Assembly (NCBI GenBank): GCA_043228905.1
Contig: JBHGNT010000010.1
Coordinates: 10,726,001 to 10,790,000, forward strand
Length of the DNA stretch: 64,000 nt
Direction of reading: 5' to 3'
Origin: Azolla caroliniana
Taxonomy: Eukaryota; Plantae; Polypodiophyta
The position numbers and the translations under genes are program-made. The notes under the pieces were generated by a model that saw only the letters and a list, made by a program, of their open reading frames with translations, did no database searches and was not told the DNA's origin. Below are positions 34,158-47,484 of the stretch, piece by piece; position 1 is the stretch's first letter, and each line of letters opens with the position of its first letter.

Positions 34158-35230
34158 TATGCCAAGTTCAAGCAGAAATTATGCCTTGGACAAACTAATA
34201 GATAAAACTACAAAACATTGAAGACTAGGATGGAGCTTCTACTTGATGTTGAGAAGCTTGTCAAAGTCACAATTGGCGCTAGTGAAGAACCTGAAAACCA
34301 ATAGTCACGGAAATGGAAGGAGTGGCAAAGCTACACAAAAGAGATAGATTGGAGATAATACTAAATTTGGATAGAAAACAGTGAAAAGTTATTTGAAAAC
34401 TTACATGTACAACTACAATGTGGGCAAAATTAAACGATCTACACGAACCTCAAGATAAACTTCACACCTTAGCTATATTGTCTAATATGTGTGTTACAAT
34501 AAGAAAACACCTTATCAACTTGGGAGGCAGCCATGGATGATGCAACTACCACGAAAATTGCATCTTAGAAGACATCAAGATTGGCTTAGTAGTAAGCAAT
34601 CTCTCTGAATATTGGGGAATCTTCATCCCTATCCATGGAGCACTACAACATTGTGTGAGCTACTTACTAAAATACGCCAAGACGACATTCAATGAAAGAA
34701 GAAGAGCAATGATCCATTAGTAACAATAACGGTCTCTATGAATCGATTCCAAAGGAATCAACCAAAAACTCAACAAAGGTACAAACTTGAAAAAGTAAGA
34801 AATAGTGAGTCTTATAAAACATATACTTTAAAGAATGAAATGCAGAAATAGTGTGGACATTGACGCACATTACAAAAACAAAATTGAAGATGACAATATC
34901 TAGTTCTTGGTACTAGGTTACTTAGTGTCTGATATGTCAAAAATATTTGTTGGACAACTATCAAGTGCTCCCGATTCCATTGAATGTAACCTTTAGAGAC
35001 GAAGGCAAAATATTTGGCAGTTGGAAAAAGTAACATTAAATTGAAGTTTATCTGTAATCATATACATTACGAATTTCATATATATATTTTGTACTTGGAA
35101 TTGCAAAACACTTGTCATCAATGAGACAAGCTACTGCAAAAGGAATGGCTATCAAATTCAGCAACAAACAAGCTACCTTGTATATCCAAGGCGAACAACA
35201 TAAGTTGAAAATTGCAAGTTCATAACAAGG
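34158..35230 (+). pseudogene. Heavily decayed Copia gag-protease fragment (second copy ~45952-47610)
   Basis: KTRMELLLDVEKLVKVTIG and LDNYQELPTPLNATFRDEGKNLAVGKGNIKL-like remnants with many stops. Confidence 0.5.
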
Positions 35231-35238
35231 GCAACTAG

Positions 35239-35527
35239 TGTCGAATCTGGTCATATATAATGGATGTATTCACACTATCTGCTTGTCCAAATTAGGATAA
35301 GCTATTTCTATCAATAGCATAAAGGGCAGTTACCCTAGTTTGGTTAGTATATAACCAACTCTGTAACTCGATGTTATGTTGTTGTCATTACTGGTTCTTG
35401 AATAACACAAAGTTTGTATTTTGGCACCTCTCTGTTTTTCCTTCTCTCCCTCTCTTGCTTTAAGTTATCTCAGTCTCCTCTGTTCTTTGTTTATTGTTTC
35501 ATTCAATAAACTTATTGTCTATTAACA
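35239..35527 (+). mobile_element. LTR-like sequence related to the family A LTR (second copy 47613-47898)
   Basis: TGTCGAAT...TAATGGA(C/T)GTATTCACACTATC...TAGCATAAA shared with the A LTR; ends TTAACA; TSD not resolved. Confidence 0.6.
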
Positions 35528-35550
35528 CACATAATAGTGCATACAATGTT

Positions 35551-35588
35551 TGTAAAGAATAAGATATAATTCTGTGCAGTCGAAGAGA

Positions 35589-35645
<57 letters not shown>

Positions 35646-37051
35646 ATAGTGTACACAGAAAACAAGAATGAACCAATAATTACAAAGAGAAGGAGAAGGT
35701 GTTTATGTAGTCACCTTCTCTTTAAGTTCTCTTACTAGAACCGCCTCTTGGAAAAGAGGTGGAGTCTTAATTACTTACTAACCATGTGTCATAGGGTATT
35801 AACTTCTATGATATGTTAGTGATTAGACAAATAGGTGGGATGTTCACACACTTCAACATCCTAGTGTGTGTTCCCACACATAGGAAGTTGAGTTTGATTC
35901 TCAATACGCCCCTTCAAACGCAAGTCACCGGATAGTTGTTTCGGACTTCAGGTCGGTTGTGACTTTGGATTGGCTATTGTGGCTGGTCGGCTCACTCCTA
36001 TGTCTGCTCTGCTCTGTTTGACTTCGTGTATGCGGCCCCTTATCCATACTCCCCCTCAAGCGCGGTTGGTTGGCAATCGAAAGACCAAGGTTTGTCAACA
36101 CCTAGGGCCTTTGTGAACATGTTAATCTTCAGCAGATTCATGTTGATGTGTTGCAGATCAACATTTCGGGCTAGAACTCGTTCTCGGATGAAGTGGTAGT
36201 GCACCTCAGTGTGCTTGGTTTAAGCGTGAAAGACTGGGTTCCGAGCTAGGTGAATACTGCTCATATTGTCACAGTCGAGAAGAATCGGATCCTTGATGAA
36301 AATGCCCAGATTCTTTAATATTTGCTTTAACCAAAAAACTTCACATGTGGTGACGGCCATACCCATGTATTCGGTTTCTGTGCTCGACAATGCAACTATC
36401 AACTGCTTCTTGCTATTGAAAGATATAGCTCTGCTGTCGAGGATATAATGAGGTTGAGAGATCGCGTTGCCATCAGGAGTTTGAATTACTTCTATCCTTC
36501 ATGTCCTTCATTTAAATTCGGCCAGAGAGTATGTTCTTGATATGTTCAATACCTGCTAAGTGCTCTCCTCCAAAAACCAAGACATTCACATATATTATGA
36601 TAAACACCTATCCTCTAAAGTCTCTCCAAATGAACAAAGAATTGTTAAACTTGGACATTTTAAAGCCGAATCTTTGGTGAAGATATTGGGTTATTTTCGA
36701 ATGTCATGCTCTAGGGGCTTGATTGAGGCCGTAGAGAGGCTTTTTGAGTTGGTAGATAGCATGAGGATGCGTACTCGACTTGAATGCAGGTGGTTGTACC
36801 ACGTACACCTCCTCTTCTAACTTTCCTTGGAGAAAGGCATTCCTTATGCCCATTCGGTGGGGATGCTACCCTTTGGCTACTGCAAGCACGATCATGGTTT
36901 GAATGGTTGTCATCTTTGCCACTGGGGCAAAGGTCTCTTCGTAATCGACCCTGTGTGTCTGCACATACCCTTTTGCCACAAGCTAGGCCTTATACCGATT
37001 GACAAAGTCGTCAGCATTGTGCTTCACCTTGTATATCCACTGGCATCTGAT
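35551..37051 (-). mobile_element. Truncated Copia I (3' LTR 35551-35906, RNase H and RT remnants); second copy 47922-50475
   Basis: LTR similar to the F LTR; VALSSTETEY..DCDNMSSIHLARNPVFHA; WIYKVKHNAD..YKA. Confidence 0.8.
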
Positions 37052-38341
37052 TGTTGGCATAAAAGGCCGACTCCTTTCTCTTTGTATCCTAGTGTGAACA
37101 CGTCTTGAAGTGAGGGCTTGAGTACATAAGCTCAACCCTAACATTGTAACGATAATCTTGTATCTTGAGCCTTGTAGAGAGAGAGAGTTATAGAATAATA
37201 GAGAACTGAAGCTCAAACTGTGTCTATCTTCTTATTGCTGCATATCTGTGTCGTTTACGGTGCATAGATTGACAGGTCCTCACACACACATACTTTTGCA
37301 CATCCTTTCGAATATTATCCAAGAAGTGGTATCAGATCGACTTGTTGTTCAACGGCGAAGAAAAGTAGAGAGAAGACGAACCCTCTAGCTGAAAGAAAAG
37401 ACCAAATCAGTAAATCTCACTGCGAAAAGAACATGGCTTCAACATCTGGAGCAGGAGTTGAAATCCGAATGTTTGATGGCAAAAATTTCGCCCTATGGAA
37501 GGAGATGATGCAAGACGTACTGATCATTCAAAGTCAGGTTTAAGCCATTAGACATAGAGAAAAACTTGCCTCAATGTCAACCGAAGAGTGGAGATCAATA
37601 GACGAAATCGCATGCTCCACCATTAGGATCCATCTGGCTGAAAACATCTATTTCAATATGGTGAAGGAAACGACAACGTTCTCTTTGTGGGAAAAGTTAC
37701 AAGCAGTGTATGAGAAGAAGTCCTCATCTTCAAAATTGATATTGATCCAACAACTATTCAACATGAAGATGAGAGAGATAGATCGAGCAACCTCCCACAT
37801 CAACACCTTCAGTCAGTTGTTGTCTAAACTCTCCTCCCAAGGGACCAACTTCGAAAAAGAAGTGAAAGCCCTTGCCCTCCTATCGAGCTTGCCGGCGAGT
37901 TGGGAGGTATTCTGTATGACTTTCACAATAGTAGCCCTAGGCTAAACTTGGACAAAACTATCGGCCAAATCCTCACAAAGGACATTCGACGAAAATCAAT
38001 TGGACTCACCATCGACGAGTCGACAGAAGTCCATCACTCGACCGAGTCGATCGACCAATACAGTCAAACAAGAGAACAAGCTGAACGATCCGGTCAAAAC
38101 TCTAGTCGATCGAGAAAGAGGGGAGACCGACAACGGTCGAAGTCGAGAAATAGCCGACTAGGTGACTTCTGCACTCACTACAAAAATCCGGTCACAACGT
38201 TTCCAATTGTTGGTCGATCAAGAGGAAAGAGAGTGGTCGATGATTTGAGTAGAGCTCAGGACAATCCGGTTCAAACCGCTCTCTAGTTGACAACCAAATC
38301 AATGTTGCCGACTCCTGATTAGGAGAAATCCTCTCCCTGCA

Positions 38342-38343
<2 letters not shown>

Positions 38344-38413
<70 letters not shown>
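38344..38413. repeat. (AC)35 microsatellite inside the G1 coding region
   Basis: Perfect AC run just before TWLLDSG. Confidence 0.95.
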
Positions 38414-38416
<3 letters not shown>

Positions 38417-39000
38417 GTTACTGGACTCCGGTGCCACATTTCACATAACCTCGAACATGGAACGGTTCTCGAACTATTCGGCCGGTGCCAACGACACAGT
38501 TTGACTAGGAAACGGGCAAGAATGCAAATTCACCAAAATTAGAGTAGTACCAATTTAATTGTCGAATGGAAACACAATAGTCCTACACCAGGTCCAACAC
38601 GTACCCGCACTAAAAAGTAGTTTGGTCTCCATCACCATGCTAGCCGAAGACGGGTACCGAACGACTCTCAATGAGTCAACATGGATGACCAGCTGAGGAA
38701 ATTTGAAGATAAAAAATGGAAACAAGTATAATAACTTGTATTCACTAGCGGCAATCAATCCAAAAGGGGCCGTGAACGTAGCCCAATAGACCAACCCGAA
38801 CCTATGGCATGGCTGACTCGGTCATGGTCATAAGCAGAACTAGACCGGCTAATGGCGGTTTATTACATTCCAAAACGCCTGGCAAAGATGGCCTTTTGTG
38901 AGCAATGTCAATACGAGAAACACACTTAAAGTCCACACTCTTTCCATTATGAGATGATATGACAGTCCCTAGACCTGATCCATATAGACATATGTGGGCC

Positions 39001-42000
39001 TGTTGAGAATCAAGCTCAACATAACACAACGTGTGAACACACCTTTTGAGAATCTATGATTACTCAAAGGTCAAGAGTCACACCACTACTCTCTACACAT
39101 TAACTATGTGTCATAGAATCATATTCTATGACGCATAACTAATGAGTTACATATTCCCCATGACTATGAGTCTTCACATTCCCCAAGAGAGAGAGTGGTT
39201 GTTGTAAGTTAATGAAGAGAGAGGGTGACTCTATATAAAGCACCCTCCTCATACTTCATACTAAGTCGGTTGTGACTCCTTATTATGCTACACTTTGTAA
39301 TTCTTATTCTACTTGTGAAATATACACCTTATTCTTGTCAAGTATTCCTTTCTCTATCTATCTTGTGTTCTTTCATCTCTCCTCTAATTTCTCTCACACA
39401 TACATATAACACACATCCCTTCCCCTACACAAGAATCACCATCGATTCTTTACATGGTATCAAAGCGATTTGGTAGCTCGATCTAGCGCACTCGCTTCAT
39501 CGTGATCGTGTGTTGTGCTCTACGCCGACGTTCAAGAAGAACCGGCTCATCTCTATCGTAGTGCGACTACATAGCTCGTGTTCAAGAGAGAAGGAAAAGA
39601 AAAGAAGGAAGAAATCTACATCGACAATGGCTACTCAAATGGGGAGTGCTCTCCCTAGCGAGAAGTTGGATCGCAACAACTTTGCATCCTGGGAGTACAA
39701 GATGCACCAATACCTTGTCAGCCAAGGCTATTGGAGCTACATTAAAGGAGCACAAGAAAATCGGCCCAACCCAGAAGACGCCGACTATGCAACGTGGGAG
39801 CAGGCAAGCCGAGTGATGTATTGCTTGGTGACATGTGTTCACGACCACATGCTCGGGTACATTTGAGAAGCCAAGAAGCCGAAGGAAGCGTGGGAGAATC
39901 TACGAAAGATTTTCGCCGCCAACACTATCGCGAGAAAGTTTCAACTCCACCAAGAGTTGAATAATATCCAACAAAGGGATATGTCCGTCATGAGCTACAC
40001 CTTGAAGATCAAGGAGCTTTGTGATTCGCTTGGCTCGATAAGCGTAAACGTGGAGGATGACGAGATGGTGCAAATATATCTCGGCAGCCTTGCACCACGA
40101 TTTGGCGCGATGCAGACCGCCGTACTAGCACGGGAGAATCCACCCTCCTTCTTCGATCTTCAATCCATGTTGTTGGTCGAAGAAAACCATGTTCGAACAA
40201 GGAGTAATGGCTTGGAAGGCCAAATGCTCTACATATACTTGGATGGAGGAAGAGGACGTGACCGTGCAAGAAGAGGCCGATTGGGCCAAGGACGAGGCGA
40301 ACGAGGCCCGACTTACGAAAACAACTCGCAATTTCAGCATCAAGACAGAAGCCATCGAGGAACCTTTGGAAGAAGGGGAAGCTTCCATTCTGGTCCGAAC
40401 CGACAAAGCTCGGTTGAATGTGGATATTGCAGAAAAATCGGTCACCACGAAGAAGAATGCCGTAAGAAGATACGCGAGTCGGCTTCCACTAGCTAACAAC
40501 TCACCAACTACGCCATCAACTCCGACTATGACGATCGCGACGGAATGTCCATGATGAGACATAGAGCGAATTCTATGTCGGCCTCTACTTTTACTAATGC
40601 CTCCGGTCCGGAAGACGTATGGTTCGTCGATTCCGGTGCCTTGAACCATATGACATCGCATCAAGAATGGTTCCGAGAACTTCGAGAGCCGGACTGACCC
40701 AACTATGTCAAAACCGGAGACGACACTACGCACCCGATTTAGTAGATTGGCAATGTTCTGTTCGGAGAAGAAGGTAAGCAAACTTATATTAAAAATGTCT
40801 TGCATGTACCAACTATCACGAAGAATTTGGTCTTCGTCGGCCAAATTGTAGAGCAAGGAATGCAAGTACGATTTAATCAAGGTGGTTGCTTCATCGAAAA
40901 AGAGGGCCGACTCATCACACGCGGATGAAGAGAGGGTCGAATGTTCATTCTTGACTCACACGAGATGAAATCGGCCATATTCACAAAGGGCATGAAAGCC
41001 GATTCCGACATAGAGTTATGGCACAAGCGGATTGGCCATATCAACCTCCAAAAGCTCAAGGCAATGCAATCGAAAGTAGTCGTCATCGGGCTCCTGACAT
41101 TCACGGAGAAAGAGATTGAAGGCGTGTGTGCCGCTTGCCAATTCGGCAAGCAACATCGGCACCCATTTCCGAAGGAGCGGAACGTGAGCAAAGGCGTACT
41201 CGACGTAATTCATTCCGATGTATGGGGACTAGCTCAAACGGAGACATTCGGCGGATGCCGATACTACGTGACCTTCATCGACGACTTCTCTAGGCACACT
41301 TGGATCTACCCGATGTGACAAAAGAGCAAAGTGTTTGGACACTTCCAAAAATTTAAGAATGAAGTCGAGAAAGCCAAGGACCGACACGTACGATGTCTTC
41401 AGTCGGATGGAGGCAAGGAGTACTTCTCCGACGAATTTTTGGCATTTCTATGGAAAGAAGGAATACGACAAGAGTTTTCGTGTCGACATACCCCACAACA
41501 AAACGGAGTGGCCAAACGCAAGAATCGGCACATCCTCGAAGTGGCACGGGCTATGCTTAACAAAAAGCACATGCCGAAGTTGTACTGGGCAGAAGCGGCT
41601 AACACGGCCATATACCTCATGAATCGGTGTACGACATCGGGTGTGCACGAACTTACTCCGCACGAGAAGTTTTTCGGAAAGAAGTCGGACCTATCACATG
41701 TTCGGATATTCGGCTCCATTGCGTACGTGCACATCCCCGACGAGAAGCGTCGAAAGCTTGACCTGAAGTCGAAGAAATGTATCCTCGTAGGATACTCACT
41801 GGAGCAAAAGGGGTACAAGTGCTATCACCCGTCAACTCGAAAATTTCGAATAAGTCGAGACGTCGTTTTCGACGAGTCCGCATCCTGGTACGCACCAGAG
41901 ACAACTTTGACTTCGATACCGCTCGACCTGGATTCCGCCGAAATAGAGATAGAAGCCAAATATCTACTCACACGCATGTTCGAAGAAAGCCCAATTATGA

Positions 42001-44431
42001 CAAGGCTTAGTGGGCCACAAGAACCCCTGAGCGATCAAAGCACATCTCGGCCGAGTCCGAAGATGGACAAAGGGAAGGCGAAAATGCCGGAGTATGAAGA
42101 CAATCACTTCGACAGCAACAAATCGACTCACTTTGTCAATAGTGAGTTTGAAGGCCTTGAGATCCGGACAAATGGAGCGGAGAAAGCCGTAGTATTTGCA
42201 AACGAGAAGCTTCGCCGATCCACCCGTGAAAAGAACCCCGTAAGCTGATTCGGCTACGACAATTATATGGCGTACCATTACGCCTTTATGATGAAGGTAG
42301 CAATAGTACGGGAGCCGGAAACCTTTTCCGGAGCCGCGAAGGACCCGCGATGGATCGAAGCAATGAACGAGGAGATGCATGCACTATGCAAGAACGAGAC
42401 ATGGGATCTCGTTCCCCACTCACCGCACAAGAAGGCAATTGGCTGCAAATGGATCTACAAGGTGAAATATAATGTCGACGGCTCTGTCAACCACTACAAA
42501 GGTCGACTTGTAGCGAAAGGATACACACAAACACACGGCGTCGACTATGAAGAAACATTTGCCCTGGTGGCAAAGATGATGACTGTGCAGACCGTAATTG
42601 CATTCGCAGCGGCTAAAGGGTGGCACCTCCATCAAATGGACGTCAAGAACGCCTTTCTTCAAGGCGAATTAGACGAGGAGGTGCACATGGTACAACCACT
42701 CGGCTTCGAATTGCGCATTCATCCAAAAGCCGTATGCCACTCAAGAAACCTCTCTATGGCCTCAAGCAAGCACCGCGTGCTTGGCATTCGAAGATTACGC
42801 AATATCTTCATCAAATCGGCTTTCAAATGTCGAAATCCGACAACTCCCTATACGTACGACACGACTCTAGAAGCCTAATTGTCATCATCCAATACGTAGA
42901 TGATCTGGTCATTGGAGGTGAAAGTCTAGTCGACATCAACAAGGTCAGGTCCCTCCTCTCCGGAAAATTCGTGATGACGGACATGAAGGAGCTCCATTAC
43001 TTCCTTGGCATCGAAGTAATTCAGATCCTGGCCGGCATTATGATCTCTCAATGGCACTACATTCTCAACTTGTTATACAAGTTCCGGATGACTGAGTGAA
43101 AATTGGTCGCTATGCCTCTTGATCGAAACCTCAAACTAGATGTTGACTCTAACACAGATGAGTGCAAGTCGACCCAATATCGTCAACTGATCGGGAGCCT
43201 CATCTATCTCACTATCACTCGACCCGACCTTAGCTATCCAGTCGGACTCCTCAGCCAATTCATGCAAAAACCATGCGACATTCACTTGGATTGCGCTAAG
43301 CAAGTATTACGATACGTGAGCGGCACAATGGGTTATGGCATTCTGTATGCATCGGCCACACCAATACGACTCGAAGGGTACACATACGCGGACTGGGCAG
43401 GCTACAAAGCTGATCGACGATCGACATCCGGATTTGTCTTCTCGCTCGGTAGCGGAGCAATATCTTGGAGTAGTAAGAAGCAGCCAACCGTCGCACTTTC
43501 AAGTACAAAGGCCGAATACAGGGGCGCAACTGTACCTGTATGTGAAGCCGTATGGCTCAAGAGGATTTTGAAGGATCTGGGTGTCCCCATCAAGGATTTG
43601 ACTCCCATTTACTGCGACAATATGAGCAGTATATATCTGGCTTGGAACCTGGTGTTCCATGCACGCACAAAGCACATCGAAGTGCACTATAACTTCATTC
43701 GAGAGCGTGTACATGCCGGAGATGTCGACCTTCAACACATCAACACGAATCTTCAGATGGCCGACATCTTCACCAAAGCCTTAGGAGCCTACAAGCTTCA
43801 ACAATTCATGTCAGACCTTGGATTGATGATCCCTGACTTGCCAAGCTTCAGGGGGAGTACAAGCGAGAACCGGATATTGTCTGAACCGGGTACGAGCCAA
43901 AGCGGACACCAGAGATCGTCCAAACCGGAGCGGACATCAATCAAAAGGAACCAACCCGAGTTGAGCTTGAGGGGGCGTGTTGAGAATCAAGCTCAACATA
44001 GCACAACGTGTGAACACACCTTTTGAGAATCTATGATTACTCAAAGGTCAAGAGTCACACCACTACTCTCTACACATTAACCATGTGTCATAGAATCATA
44101 TTCTATGACGCATAACTAATGAGTTACATATTCCCCATGACTATGAGTCTTCACATTCCTCAAGAGAGAGAGTGGTTGTTGTAAGTTAATGAAGAGAGAG
44201 GGTGACTCTATATAAAGCACCCTCCTCATACTTCATACTAAGTCGGTTGTGACTCCTTATTATGCTACACTTTGTAATTCTTATTCTACTTGTGAAATAT
44301 ACACCTTATTCTTGTCAAGTATTCCTTTCTCTATCTATCTTGTGTTCTTTCACCTCTCCTCTAATTCCTCTCACACATATACATAACACACATCCCTTCC
44401 CCTACACAAGAATCACCATCGATTCTTTATA
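39001..44431 (+). mobile_element. Full-length but mutated Copia E (LTRs 39001-39454, 43978-44431; TSD GGGCC)
   Basis: 454-bp LTRs with about 7 C/T differences; PBS TGGTATCAAAGC 39455; PPT GAGGGGGCG 43969-43977; TSD at 38996-39000 and 44432-44436. Confidence 0.93.
39627..43860 (+). pseudogene. Copia E gag-pol with multiple stops and a frameshift
   Basis: MATQMGSALPSEKLDRNNF, CGYCRKIGHHEEEC, HSDVWG, SDGGKEY, YVDD, SSKKQPTVALSS spread over ORF pieces. Confidence 0.9.
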
Positions 44432-44664
44432 GGGCCAATGCCCGAAAGATCACTAGGTGGCTCCCGGTACTTCATCACTTTCGTCTAGACCTATTCGATT
44501 AGGTCCAAAGAAGAAGCACTCAAGATCTTCGCTCGATGGTTAGTCAAAGTGGAGAACGAATCAAGATACCAAGTGAAGACACTCTTATCCAACAAGGAGG
44601 TAAATACACCTCCCGAACCTTCAAACAGTACCTCTCCGACAAAGGGATCGGACACGAGAAGACC

Positions 44665-44940
44665 ATTCTTGAGAAATATGCATGGTTTCGACTTACTGTC
44701 GAGCTTCAACCTTTGATCCTTGGCCACATGCATATACACTAAGCATCCGAACACCCCCATGTGTCGGTAGGAGATATCCTTTCCTGTCCACACCCTTTGT
44801 GGGACATCACCTTTCAATGGCACTAAGGGAGATCTATTGATCAGATACACAACTATATATATCGCCTCAACCCAATACGATTTCGGCGGCTCAGCATGCT
44901 TCTTACTCTCTCCATGACCATTCGATTCATCCTCTCTACA
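44665..44940 (-). pseudogene. Copia integrase fragment resembling family C
   Basis: VERMNRMVMERVRSML..YLINRSPLVPLKGDVPQRVWTGKDISYRH..KSKPCIFL. Confidence 0.75.
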
Positions 44941-46901
44941 CACTCATAATACACAAAGAAGCCTACACCATAGATTAGGCACATACAAACATACATACAT
45001 ACATACGTGATACATACATGCATGCATACATACATAGACACATAGATTTTATTATTGTTAGAGTTAACATAATTCTTCCATCATGAACTATTTTGTAGGT
45101 TGCTTCTTTACTCTCCATGAAAGAGACTAAAGTTGGGAGTTTAGAATCTGATGATCTTGTGTGCCTAGATCTAATTGATCTATGAGAATTTCTCATCTAT
45201 CCAAGCTACGTGTGTTTGTTTAAGGTGATGCGATCTTATTTTTCTATTTATTAACCGTTCACAGAAGATCCATGACTCATACATAATACATTCTTGACCA
45301 CATGCAATGACCAAATGTATAACATATTTCTGCCGAGAGGAGTTGGTGTATCCGTCCGATATTGCAGAAGATGGAAATGCGAGGTGGGTCAAGGCATCAG
45401 GGAAGTGACAAGAAAAAGAAATGCAAAGTCGATTAGGGCATCCGGAGAATGAGTTATGACGGCAAACCATGAATGCTCCTCACTCTCACCCTCAACTGCA
45501 CCCTTGATCATGTAATTGATATATGACGCATACTAGAAACAATGCATGGGGGAATTGGCAGGGATTTATTGTTAATAGTACCTCTAAATACCACAAGAAA
45601 CTAAAAAGACAAGAGTTATAACGATATAAAAACAAATTAATCGTTACAAAGACATGTCCTTATCCATTACGTGTCCTATATGTATATATAAAAAATAGTA
45701 TGTGCAACATGTGTGTGTAATCACACTTAGTTGTTCCAATGAGTTCTTACATTGTAATAGAGTTCTTCTAATATCAAGTATTCCTTGTTCTACATTGTTA
45801 TCAAACCTCTTTCTTTGTTTAATTTCTTCCACTTTGTTTGAGCATTCTAATTAAATAGTGCCGAGAGCATAATTGCACAATCTAAATCTCACTCTTGCAC
45901 TCTTTTACAACAAACGAAACTCTGTCCACATCACTTGAGACAAACTCAATACTATGCCAAGTTCAAGCAGAAATTATGACTTGGACAAACTAATAGATAG
46001 AACTACAAAACATTGAAGACTAGGATGGAGCTTCTACTTGATGTTGAGGAGCTTGTCAAAGTCACAATTGGCGCTAGTGAAGAACCTGGAAACCAATAGT
46101 CACCGAAATGGAAGGAGTGGCAGAGCTACACAAAAGAGATAGATTGGAGATAATACTAAATGTGGATCAAAAACAATGAAAAGCCATTCGAAAACTTACA
46201 TGTACAACTACAATGTGGGCAAAATTAAACGATCTACACGAACCTCAAGATAAACATCACACCTTAGGTATATTGTCTAATATGTGTGTTACAATAAGAA
46301 AAGACCTTATCAACTTAGGAGGAAACCATGGATGATGCAACTACCACGAAAATTGCATCTTAGAAGATGTCAAGATTGGCTTAGTACTAAGCAATCTCTT
46401 TGAAACTTGGGAAATCTTCATCCTTATCCATGGAGCACTACAACTTTGGGTGAGCTACTTACTAAAATCCGCCATGAAGATATTCAGTGAAAGACGAAGA
46501 GCAATGATCCACTAGTAACAATAACGGTCTCTATGAATCGATTTCAAAGAAATCAACCAAAAAATCAACAAAGGTACAAACTTGAAAAGGTAAGAAATAG
46601 TGAGTCTAATAAAACATATACTTTAAATAATGAAATGCAAAAATAGTGTGGACATGACGCACATTAGGAAAACAAAATTGAAGATGACAATACCTAGTTC
46701 TTGGATACTAGGTTACTCAGTGTTTGATATGTCGAAAATATTGGTTGGACAACTATCAAGAGCTCCCAACGCCATTGAATGCAACCTTTAGAGATGAAGG
46801 CAAAAATTTGGCAGTTGGAAAAGGTAACATTAAATTGAAGTTTATCTCTAAGCATATAGATTACGAATTTCAGATATATATTTTGGAATTGCAAAACACG
46901 T

Positions 46902-47484
46902 TGTCGTGTTACTTCACATAGATGCGAGGAACGTAGGCGGAACCATGAAGGCCTTAGACCGAGGAGTGCAAGAAGGGAGATGAGAGAAAGAAACTCAAGA
47001 CATGCGAAGTACTGAAACAACTTATATTAATAGGGCAATTATGACCAGCTCAACCGGGAATGAGCTACGAGCTCAATTACCAACACACGCACTCCACAAC
47101 CATGACGCAACAGGGCCTTTGTCGGGAGCACTCGGGCTTCCTACACAAACAGAGATGTCTCTGCATCCAAGACAACAAAATCCCAAGATTGGGAAACAGG
47201 AAATAGAAATCCGAAAACAGGAAACAGAAGACAGATGCTCGGTTCCTAGTCTGACAACACCTCCTTCCCCTCAAAACGCGTAGGCCCCCTCTTTTCAGCC
47301 CTTTCTCCCTCCTTTTATATACCAAGGAGGGCGGACTGTATGTAATTAATTCGGCCACCCCTCGACAACGATTTGCTTAGATCCTAGGTTCTTTGCAGGT
47401 AGTTATTATTCGCGTGCCTCCCGTAAGCGGCGATTCACGCGCCTTTGGTCCCCTTTTCTCCTGTGGCCGGTTTTCCCCATGACA
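46902..47484 (-). mobile_element. Solo LTR with 4-bp TSD ACGT
   Basis: TGTCGTG...CATGACA ends; ACGT at 46898-46901 and 47485-47488; absent at the paralogous site near 35110; TATATAAAA on the minus strand. Confidence 0.8.

Larger units (their letters stand above)
37052..44660 (+). mobile_element. Decayed Copia G1 (LTR 37052-37324, PBS 37327-37336, gag-PR-INT), interrupted by E
   Basis: MASTSGAGVEIRMFDGKNFALWKEMMQD gag, LLDSGAT protease; integrase DICG|PMPERSLGGSRYFITF resumes at 44432. Confidence 0.8.
33152..44940 (+). repeat. Tandem segmental duplication, unit 1 (includes later insertion E)
   Basis: Collinear with 44941-51501 from CAAAGAAGCCTACACCATAGATTAGGCAC through the G-family gag (~38110). 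Confidence 0.85.
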
